64,000 nucleotides of DNA from a virus. The stretch spans positions 32,001 to 96,000 of IMG/VR virus record IMGVR_UViG_3300043409_001877. The stretch is one strand, 5' to 3'. A model generated the notes under the pieces. The model searched no databases. It was not told the origin of the DNA and worked only from the letters and a program-made list of their open reading frames with translations. Positions 33,001 to 42,600 of this stretch are shown here, one piece after another. The position numbers and the translations under genes are program-made. Positions within the stretch are counted from its first letter, which is position 1; each line of letters begins with the position of its first letter.

Positions 33001-33533
33001 TGTGTATAGTTTAAAGGAACCCCGTTAATTCTAGAAAATAAAGTTTCACTATTTTGCGGTAATATTATATTATTTCCAGATTCACCAAGAGTAAAATAAA
33101 ATAACCCTCCCAAGTATAGTGCAATTGGATACGGTATTTCAATTAATTCTTGGTTTTTATTAAAAATTGTATGTAATTTTTCTGGGGGTAAGCACCGATC
33201 TTTACCAACTAGTTGAGACATATATGTTTTAATAAACATCATTCCAACTTCTGGAAAAAAATTACTTTGATTATTATTAACTCTATTTGTGAATACGTCT
33301 GGTAATATGGATGTATTTAAACTACAATACCCGCCATACACTGGGGCATTATTTTCGCCAATACCTACATTAATATTATTATATTTTATATCGTTAGCTA
33401 GTTCATTTGACTCCGCAATAAATTTATCAGTAAACGTGGTTACTGATTTAAACCAAGGTTCTAAACCATCTTTTTTATCTAAGGTAATACTAAAGTGATT
33501 ACAGTATTCTGTTATATTAGTTTCTAAACTCAT
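30021..33533 (-). CDS. Large hypothetical virion protein (possible middle part of the hub complex)
   Basis: 1170-aa ORF lying between the hub N- and C-terminal-like ORFs. Confidence 0.5.
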   Translation of the reverse strand: MSLETNITEYCNHFSITLDKKDGLEPWFKSVTTFTDKFIAESNELANDIKYNNINVGIGENNAPVYGGYCSLNTSILPDVFTNRVNNNQSNFFPEVGMMFIKTYMSQLVGKDRCLPPEKLHTIFNKNQELIEIPYPIALYLGGLFYFTLGESGNNIILPQNSETLFSRINGVPLNYTQDKVKYDPTQTGNDIYNHVDLYRRPTLYGSTGGVMPVLERLYYPSVRILNRSVYGDFMQTNASDLETDFDIKTGYDITNGGKVDIVEKISIPHKSAMPPVGYGIQNKFLNHYNKVMFGDYLSGTTDLKNDGKPHVIAGGHSGIIKPIKTYDSNDIEFTAFYRNGYIGNFNYKIDDIKTELSNATNGLKKHPEKLDPNFYPNSQKSIIKAFIAFSKLKANFLSGSIADKKALKEAITVLSSVKNIDSQFNADFRRLTVAPLIATDLFDLYFLVSHVFFTSFKNENPKSYLIRDDSVYGAAGSKLDIPNIFSVDCRLSYGYRATTNTIDKPSHTLYQTVLPEALDKTLNSSFNTLTQQIDSLTDFLSYLWTLEKINFRDKFNKVDNKASYLLYPSCGGSISPNYLLHSPWLSDVPGSGLKLGNINFIQRGINDTNITKLSELLYKDSNDKVTYNPDLENATVGLAQANKFKDDEYKNLTLCDPKGASTALAALSWAMDFLHPNAFLTSEVVTNLYFDVSKVDVLTGIYNSKNGNLNLNNPNKSLYLMNKEFNRGVLLNDPSSFDNHTILKNTTRFLWFDNTKVGSNLAMDSVLGGGIYENKSGIDELTSNIYGWNYFKTNHLYVSSVSDNIEYDKTGYFEQFKIANLLDSLNFTQLTHFKSLFLDFCKFGSETYIKKGFNLKSLMLASSVVTYDEIKEFTDPKTSIKLSGEEINLALIGNSMYNYEFMAEIGLSKFLNVALTLSQKDKTYSVIDEFCSDTIVHTNYSPSNSIYYNESTPDLSLHTLITQPEILFSNKMTYSEIATDLGKTVDDTDTIRYFSRKALFGDTYIAPYTSVTKAEKDGIIYLNGLYMVNKLFTKYDPNTKRGVIDVNLTDLYATIVIKFFEFLNIKYTPSMYYFLNKFIRTYVYRVLADLDVLNDEYLPGNPLVEHAVLFERYVRPVEQEQERVRILLEKRLKEEESKKVNDIIKESAFSFGDVYSGGVVKPTGLGRQL

Positions 33534-33535
33534 TA

Positions 33536-36370
33536 TTAAATATTGTTAAATTTTGCGCTATTTATTTTACCAGTATATGTTACAGGATTAAAAACCTCAA
33601 TAGCTTCAGATAGTTTTGAATTGAATGTTAATGCTGGAACTTCAGTATTACCGTATTTAACAGTTCTACCAAAATCAATTGGTAATGGTGTTGATTTTAA
33701 TTTAGCATTTAAATTCTTAATAAACCCTTGAAATGGATTTGAATCTTCTTGACCCACTTCAACAGTCTTTACGGTTTCGGCTATTGGTATTAATGTTTCA
33801 AATTTATCGCAATAATATCTTAAATTACTTGTTAGGTCTGGGTATTCATCTAAATAATTTATTTTCTGTTTACTAGACATAGAATAATATAACGGTCTAA
33901 CATCTTTAAATGATATTAACTCATACAAATAAGAGTTAATTATATTATCTGACACTAATTTATTTTTATTTTTAATTGAATTAGTAAAATCAGCTTGGGT
34001 ATATTCCGTTGCATATAAATTAATGTTTTTGGTCACCATATCAAAAAAAATAGCATCAGACGGTGCTTTTAATCTTAAGCCGTTAATTGCTAAATTACCT
34101 AGGTTGGTGTATGTGTTTGTTGCACCATTAATATCAGTAATATCACCTTTTTTGGTTATCTTATATAATTCGCTGGCTGTAACAAATTTAGCGTTGCTTG
34201 AATCCATTTTATCAAAAACTAATTCTTCAAGCAGCGCTAATTCAAAATCAGCTAATTTTTTTGAAAACCCATCCGCTAATCCATTAGTACCTAAACCACG
34301 ATAATACATACCAGAGTACGTAGCGTATAAATTATATTTGGTTATCATTTCACCCAATAATTTATCAGATTGTTTTTTATTTAAATAAGCGTCTAAATCA
34401 TTTTCACCTAACCCAAGAATTGTTGATAGTCCAGTTTTTTTTGTTGCTATATTTGTAATGGCTTTTGGGTTATTTAATACTGTAATTCTATTTAAAGCTA
34501 AATAAATTTCTTCAACAAAGGCAACCTCAAACCAATCTTTATTACCATCATCTATACCAGGATAAGTTAAAATATTCCTTTTAACTTCTTTTTTTTCCCC
34601 GTTATTGTTAAATGTTTCTACTTTGTTTTTAAAGTAATTAGGAAATGGTGTAAATATTTTTTGTTTTTTATCATTTTCAATATAATCAGTAAACTTAGCT
34701 TGTTTTTTAGTTCTAAGATTATCAACCTGTAATTGTTTTATAGCGTTATTAGCGGTTATTTCTAATAATATTAAAAATGTCTGCATGTTGTTAGCTACAA
34801 TTCTTAAAACATTATTCATGTTTGGTTGATAACCTAAATGCTCACCAAGATCACTAATTTGGTCATCAACAAAAGATTCTTCAATAGTTGATTGTAATTC
34901 ATTTAATCTAATTAAAACTAATGATATTACCCTATCATAATTATCAATAGTATATATTTTTTCATTTGCTGTATTTTTTATAGCAACATTTTTATCATTA
35001 TAATCTAAACCAAAAAATAATGTATGCTGTATTAAATCTTTATTACCCGTTGGTTTGTATTTATTATTATATAAAATATCAACATCTTTTACTACTTCAC
35101 TAAAAATTTCACTTGACGTGTTGTTTTTAGCACCACTAGGCAATTCAACAGTATCAATTGATTTTATTAATTCATTTAGTGTGCTATAGTTATTTATTAA
35201 TTCGATTGGTGTTGTATCTGTTAAAAATTCAACTCCAGGTTTTGGTTTATATTGGTTATTATCTTCTACTGTACAATTATTTTCAAACCAATTTCTAATA
35301 TTTCTATTATATTCCTCTACCTTATATTTTATTTCTGATACTTTATCATTTGATGCGCTAGAAGTTTTTGTTTGAATTGAAGCATCTTGCAAAACTGATG
35401 GTGCTATTTTTTCAACAGCACCAGCTAAATCAAACATTGTGGGGTTATTTAATATTTCGTAATGTTTATAAGCCTCTGGATCATTACCAACTAATTCTTT
35501 AATTTCTTTGTTTTGTTTTTCGTATAAACTATTTAATATTTTCTGACCAAGATATTCACCACTATCCAAAAGAAACATATATGGTGCAACATATGCGTAT
35601 ATCATTAAGAATGTGTTGAATATTGAAAACACTTCGCTTTGAAATTCAGCAGTTACATTATAATTACCAGTCTCTGGATCGAATCTAGTATTTGATTTTA
35701 ATAAAACTAAAGAGGTCTCCACCGCCTTACCATAATAACCTTTATAAGTTAATAAAAATCTTGGGTATGGGTACGTAAAAAATATGTTATATGGATTGTC
35801 GTTTTCATTACCTCTTTCAAATAACATTCTACCTTGAACATCAGTGAATTGAATTGTTACTATTGGTATGTGCCCAGCATTTATGGATATTCCAATATCT
35901 GTGATACCAAAAGTTTCTGGGTCTAATATATATTTAGAATTTTCTTTATCATTTGCATCATCACTAGTAAAAAAATCAGTCCATTCGGTTGTCATTTTAC
36001 CTTTTAAGTCAAACGTACCATCTTTTCTTCTATTCTTTAATGGATTTAAAAAATTAATAAAGATGGGTTGCGACTCAATTGTTTCAGACTTAACCCCGTC
36101 ACCACCAACAATAACTGATCTCTCACCTCTTTTAATAACTTTAAGAGATGAATAAATAACTAAATCTTCTTGTTTAACATATCTGTCAATAATCTGATTA
36201 TACTTATTAACAACTTTGTTTGGATCAATTACTAAAACACCTTGGGTATTTCTTTTTTCTGAACTAAATTTTTTAAGATAGGGATTAGTCGCTACAGTTG
36301 ATTTTGGTGGATTAGCTCTTTGAAATAATATTTTTTCTCCCGTTTCAAATATATTATTGTTACTCTCCAT
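33536..36370 (-). CDS. Baseplate hub N-terminal portion (gp27-like)
   Basis: FGITDIGISIN..IPIVTIQFTDVQGRMLFE...PYPRFLLTYKGYYG...RFDPETGNYNVTAEF; follows the gp53/LysM gene as in the canonical order. Confidence 0.55.
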   Translation of the reverse strand: MESNNNIFETGEKILFQRANPPKSTVATNPYLKKFSSEKRNTQGVLVIDPNKVVNKYNQIIDRYVKQEDLVIYSSLKVIKRGERSVIVGGDGVKSETIESQPIFINFLNPLKNRRKDGTFDLKGKMTTEWTDFFTSDDANDKENSKYILDPETFGITDIGISINAGHIPIVTIQFTDVQGRMLFERGNENDNPYNIFFTYPYPRFLLTYKGYYGKAVETSLVLLKSNTRFDPETGNYNVTAEFQSEVFSIFNTFLMIYAYVAPYMFLLDSGEYLGQKILNSLYEKQNKEIKELVGNDPEAYKHYEILNNPTMFDLAGAVEKIAPSVLQDASIQTKTSSASNDKVSEIKYKVEEYNRNIRNWFENNCTVEDNNQYKPKPGVEFLTDTTPIELINNYSTLNELIKSIDTVELPSGAKNNTSSEIFSEVVKDVDILYNNKYKPTGNKDLIQHTLFFGLDYNDKNVAIKNTANEKIYTIDNYDRVISLVLIRLNELQSTIEESFVDDQISDLGEHLGYQPNMNNVLRIVANNMQTFLILLEITANNAIKQLQVDNLRTKKQAKFTDYIENDKKQKIFTPFPNYFKNKVETFNNNGEKKEVKRNILTYPGIDDGNKDWFEVAFVEEIYLALNRITVLNNPKAITNIATKKTGLSTILGLGENDLDAYLNKKQSDKLLGEMITKYNLYATYSGMYYRGLGTNGLADGFSKKLADFELALLEELVFDKMDSSNAKFVTASELYKITKKGDITDINGATNTYTNLGNLAINGLRLKAPSDAIFFDMVTKNINLYATEYTQADFTNSIKNKNKLVSDNIINSYLYELISFKDVRPLYYSMSSKQKINYLDEYPDLTSNLRYYCDKFETLIPIAETVKTVEVGQEDSNPFQGFIKNLNAKLKSTPLPIDFGRTVKYGNTEVPALTFNSKLSEAIEVFNPVTYTGKINSAKFNNI

Positions 36371-36680
36371 AATATTCTAATCTTTGTTTTAACTTTCTCT
36401 CATATTCCCTAATAGTTGTATCTAATGGTAATGGTATTCTTAAAACTTGACCATCTTTTATATTCCATTCTAACCCACCATATTCTGGGTTTGCCATTAA
36501 TATTAACCAACTATAATAAGGTGCGCCATAATATTCCTGACTAACTTTATCCAATCTGGTTTTATTAATATCATATCTAATAATTTGGTCGGAGCTTTTT
36601 TCGTCCAACTTAATAAATGGTGGTGAAATTGCACTCTCATCACTATTTAATCGTTTATATCTATTGTAGTAACCAGCCAT
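36360..36680 (-). CDS. Baseplate LysM-like protein, T4 gp53 / P2 tail X-like
   Basis: RLDKVSQEYYG...WLILMANP...IKDGQVLRIP. Confidence 0.85.
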   Translation of the reverse strand: MAGYYNRYKRLNSDESAISPPFIKLDEKSSDQIIRYDINKTRLDKVSQEYYGAPYYSWLILMANPEYGGLEWNIKDGQVLRIPLPLDTTIREYERKLKQRLEYYGE

Positions 36681-39600
36681 TATTCTCCTTTGTTATATTT
36701 ACTTAGCTCTGTTTCAGTTGCTTGTTCAACAACTTCAGGGACTTCGCTTTGGTTTATAATATTAAACACATTTCTATATTTTGTAAAGATCTTATAGTTA
36801 TCTAATACCGATTTTTTAACATCAACCGTATCTTTTAGTACAAGTGTATAATCAACCTCATTACCACGTGTTAAATTACTTTCAAAGAACATTGGGTTAT
36901 CAAGTATGGTTTCACCACTATTAGTCTCGGTTATTATTTTAACAACAGAATCGTTAACCTTTTTTATATTTTTAGTATAATCGGTATTAAGTGTAGTTGT
37001 TTTTTTGATAGCATCATCTCTATATTTGTATATAGCTTTAAATGTACTTGTTAATGTTTTTTCTATTTTTCTGTATCTAGAATTTATTTGTCTGGTGGAT
37101 CCGCTGGTAACCAATTTTTTTGGTTTATCTGCTGCTTTTATTAATTTTAAAATATTTTCTTTATCATTATCATCCAATGTGGCAAAGAATCCAACAAAAA
37201 ACATGTCAACTAAACCAGAAACTGGTATTGGTTTTGATTTTGTTGCTGCAACCAAACTATTTAACCCTGGGCTTAAATCTTTTACTAACTCCGAATTAAT
37301 TTCAACCCCATATTTAATAAATTTATTAATTTCAGTAAGGTATCGTTCTGTTGTTGTACCACCAACTGAAGAAGTATTTATTGTATAATAACTAATAGGT
37401 GTGTTTAGTAAAGTATTTTTATTTGCACCATAATAAAATAAATCTATTGCTTTAGGGTCTAATGCTAAAAGTTTCCGAGCAAACTCGGTAGTTTCATCAC
37501 CATACATTATATCTAAATCAAATTTCTTAGATAAAAAGTTGTCGTTAACCATAATATCCAACATTTTATTTGAAAAATCAAAAACTTCGTAGTTTATTTT
37601 CTCAAAAGTATATGTCATGTTATAATAATCCGAATATGTACCAGGTACTGGTATTGGTGACGCTCCAGGTGCTGGGGCTGGTGGTTGTATGCTTTTAACA
37701 GTTGTCTCACCAACACCACCAGCTTTATCATATACCGTATTTAAAGTAATTCCACTCACACCTAAAAGAAAATTTGGGCGCAAAGAAGATGTTTCTGTTG
37801 AACCTGTTATAACTCTATTCTCTTTAATTGCAGTTGATTCAACTAAATAGTTATCTTGAGTATAACCAGATGGTACTAGTTTTTTAAACTCAGCGTCTTT
37901 TGTAATTTGTTTAAAGAAGTAAGGGCCGTTACCCATTGACAATAAATTAATTTTATCAGCGTCACTATTTTCTCTATTATAAACAAAATCTCTAACTTTT
38001 TTTAACGTGATTGTTCTTGTTAACCCCGTTTTAAGCGTCTCAGCTGTTCCGAGTAACATTTTTTGATACTTTTGGTAAGGATCGTAGCCAAACACGGTTT
38101 CAGCTGAATACTCCCCTTTACCTATTTTAAAATCATTAGGTATAACTTCAAATCTCTCAATTTTTGTTTCATCCGTTCTTAAATCATATCCTTCTGTAAC
38201 AACAGACAAAGCAGATAATAATACACCAAATTTAGCTGTATTTTCTTCAGCTGAAGTTAAAATGGTATCAATATGATCTGTAATTGTTGCTGTGTAATCC
38301 ATTAATTTACCCACAAGATAATCAGAGAAAATTGCTTTATACGGAACTTCAAAATATTTTAAATACTCGTTATAGGCTTGTTTAGAGCTAGTATCGTAAT
38401 GCCAAAAATGGGCTATATCTAATTTTAACTTGGCAGACATTTCGTTAGATAAACCATTAATCATAAAATCAATATTTTTACGATGGTTACTAAAATCTTT
38501 TAAGAAAATACCAGCAACTTCTGGTTCTGCGTTTACACCATTAATTTTACCGCCATTTAAATTACCAGGATTAAAACGTGTTGCATCATTAAAAGTGCCA
38601 CTAGTGCTTACAACAGTTTTACCATCTCCAATTTTATATAAATTATTTTGAGGGTATAAATGTAGTTTTAATGGTGCAATAGACTCAGTACCTAACGTTT
38701 GATTGTTAACTGCTGCTAATTTACCAAATTCTGAAAATTCAACATAATTTCTTTCAGCCGCCTCATTTTTAAATACTTCATATAAATAATACTTACCACC
38801 AGATGATGTACCATCTGTTCCAGATGTACTAGATGTGCTAGATGTTCCTGAGCTACTTGCTGTACCAAACGTACCGAATTTATCATCTTGATACGCAAGT
38901 TTACTTAAATCATCAAAATACCCTGTATCAGAGTTAGATGAACTACCATCTGTTCCTCTTGCTGAAGATGTTCCGCTTGATCCGCTTGCTGAAGATGTTC
39001 CGCTTGACCCATCAGTTCCACCCGATCCATCAGTTCCAGATAACCCAAGTGGGGCTGAGTTTACTGTTACTAGCGTTTTGTTGTAATTTTTATTTAAAGC
39101 TAATTGTAATAGTAAAGTATTCTTATCGTAGGGTGTGTTAAATTTAAAATTATTGGTTACAATTTTACCGTAAGTTTTATACAAGTCTTGAAATAATTCA
39201 TAATACGATATCTCGTAAGAATTAAAATATGTTTTACTCATATATTTGTCGGAAGTTGTTGAGTTACCTGTGGTTGTTCCAGTTGTGGCATCACCATTCT
39301 CATTTATATTAGGTCTTGTTTTACTAAACTCTAATCTAAATGGTTGCTCACCATAGTTTCTCCAAATAACTTCATTCCAATGCGTTGTACTTGTAACTGG
39401 CGCACCCGATCCGTTTAAAGTATTTTTAGCACTAATATTAAGTTCATCGTCAGCTTTTCTAACATAAAATTTACCACCTTCAGATACAATATCGTATGGT
39501 TGGTAAACTGTACCTGAACTAAAAGTTTTAGCACTTAATATATCATTATTATAAGCTCCACCAGCTGTTGTTGGTTGTCTTCTCTTGGTTATTATACCGA

Positions 39601-42600
39601 TTGTACCGTAAGGTATATCGCTTTGGAAATCTTGAGGTACAATTCTTTCAGCAGCCGCAACAATTGGAATTAAATCTAATGTGTTGCTATCAAAATAACT
39701 TCTTTCTAAGTTAATTAAATTTCTTTCATCTTTATCGTTATTAGCAAATGTTCTTTCATCATATATGTCAGTATTCGCATAATAGTTAAACGATAGAGCG
39801 TTTTGTAATTCATCAACATGTTTTCTTAAACCAGATCCACCAATATATTTAAAACTTAATTGAATATCTGCAATCATTGGTTGAACTCCAATACCTTCTG
39901 GATTTAAATCCCAAACTAATGGTTCGTAAGAAATATTTAAATTACTAATAACAATTTTAGTGTTGTAAAAATCACCAATTCTTAATATACATATTGGTGG
40001 TTTACCAAATGCAGTATTATTAGCGTCACAACCATCACTATCATCTTTCTTTATTGTTTCACCTGGTCTTAAACATTGTTGTAAGAATGTTAACCTGGCA
40101 TTTAAACCTTCTGGTGTCATAGCGTGAAAAGCTGGACTGAAGTATTTTAGTTTTTGTTTTAAACTATCATAAACAATAGGTGCATCTTTCTTTAATAATT
40201 CAAAATAATCACACTCATTTATTAATTTATTTAATATTCTTTGTGCAATTTCTCTCTTGGTTACATTTCTATCATTAGTTGGTACATCACCTGGGGGTGT
40301 AGTATATTCATCTACTGGTTCTGGCACAACTTCTACCTTTGGTGGTGCTGGTTCTGGTGCGTCAACTATAACACTAATTTGAACACGTCTAGCATGTGAA
40401 GTAACAATTGATAAAGCACCACAAACAACATCTTCATAAGGTCTATTTAATTTTGCCTCTACTGAACCTATTTGTGTTTTTGGTATACTTGGTAATAAAT
40501 TACTAGCTTTAACTTTTTCAGCTATTTTATCACTCTCAAAACAACAGTACGTTAAATTCGTACCATTTATATCACCAACTGGTGGTGCGGACACTTCAAA
40601 ATATTTATTACTACCTGCTGTTGTCTTTTTATAGTTTTGGTAAACATTTTCTTTATTACCTTCTTCAAATATACTTGCAGCAAGTACAGCATTGGGGTTA
40701 CCATTAAATAATATTTTAGACCTTTTACCATTACCTTTATCACGGTATACGGTAAAATAGGTTGTTGTAGCAAAACCTTCTGCACTATACATATAAGCCT
40801 CTGTAATTTCATCTGTCCCGTCTTCACTAGCATATATCTTACCTACTTTAACTAACACATTAAGAATTAACCATACAGAAACTGATATAATTCTTCTTTT
40901 AGCTAAATCCTCATTATATGTTGATGTTGAGGAATCTGGCCCTAATGGTGAAGCGTATGCATCTAAGGTTATTGTTAAATCAAATTGTTTGTATTTGGCA
41001 TCACTTAAGTCTTTTTCAATGTCTTTGTATTGTTTATTAAAACCATACCAATTACCTTTATCAACACCAACATTATTTGGATCTTCACTAAAAAAATAAT
41101 TTTCTGCCGAACCACTACCAATTGTTTTGTTATATCTTATCCAAGCATCTGATACTGAACCTGGAAACACTTTAACTTTTTCAACACTATCAGATCCTGT
41201 TAATGTTCCATTACTTAATTTTTGATATTGATCAAAATAATCTGGGTATCTTTCAATTCTACCAGTGTCATATATCGTTGTTTTTTTGTTATATTTATCA
41301 ATCGGTAATGGCACATCATTTTCAAAAAATAAAGATCTACCATTTATTGACGGAACAGGTACTGCTTGGTCATTAGTGCTATCAACCTTGATTGTTTCTG
41401 GTTGTTTAGTTACTGTAATTTTTTCAATTTTCTTTTTAATTGCTTCGTTAGGTATTTTTACATTTAAACCAGCAATAACTTTTTTAAAGTAATCAATATC
41501 AGATTGTGAAAACTGATTCCAAATTCTAGCCAATTCAAATATATCAAACTCAACACAGCCAGCCCAAAATGCCGCTAATATTTCATCAATTTCACCATCA
41601 GTTAATTTGGCTAATTCTTTTTGTGTTAATAGATTTAAAATAGATGGATGATCTACAACAATTTTCCAACTAAGTGAACCACTTCTTTCTGAGTTATTAT
41701 ATGTATAAATTGGTTCTGGTCTACCTAAGAATTGATGTGTTGTCCAGTTTGCGGTTGTATCATCAGTAAATGTAATATCGTATGGTGGGAACCACATAAC
41801 TCTACCACCGTTAAAACCTTTTTCACAATTTGGTAAATCGGTAAATTGGGCAGTATCTCTCCATGCTAAATTCTCCAAAGAGAACATGTATTTTCTGGCT
41901 CTTTTTTCACTAAAAGCCTCAGTTTGTGCAGCGGCAAACCCCCCTTTTTCTCTTCCATAACCATCATTAACGTTTAATTCCGATGGGTGTATATTTAAAT
42001 TACCATATCTATCTAATACGGAGTTTCTTTCACGTCTAATTAATTCTTTGTATCTAACCAAATCTGTTATTTTAGAATATGGTCTAGCTTTAGTCCATAC
42101 TCTACAAAGCTCAGCTTGGTAATACATTGAGTCTTCATTTCTTTTACCGCTAACATCTAAACCAGGTATAAGATATCTATAGCCTATAACCTCACCCTGC
42201 TTATTAAATTTATCAATTTTAACAGGCGCTATAGTTGCATTTCCTCTTGATGTAAAATCATAACCATCATAAAATTTAGTCAGTGTTTGGTCAATTGGTG
42301 AACCAAAACCATTAATACCCTTTTCAAGTAATTGACTTGTTTTATAAAGAATAGAACATTCTCTAAAAGTATTTCTACGATTCTTAATATAACTTAGTTT
42401 ATTATCATCCGTAAATTTAACATTTATGTGTTTACCTAATTTAGTTTTATAATCATATACAACATCTATTGCGCTTGAAGACTTCCAAACAAAATCAGTT
42501 TCTAATGAACCATATTGTGAAACCTGATCATAACCAGGTTCTTCATATACTGATGTTGTATTTGTACCAGTATCAACTTGGTGAGTTATAACTCTAATTA

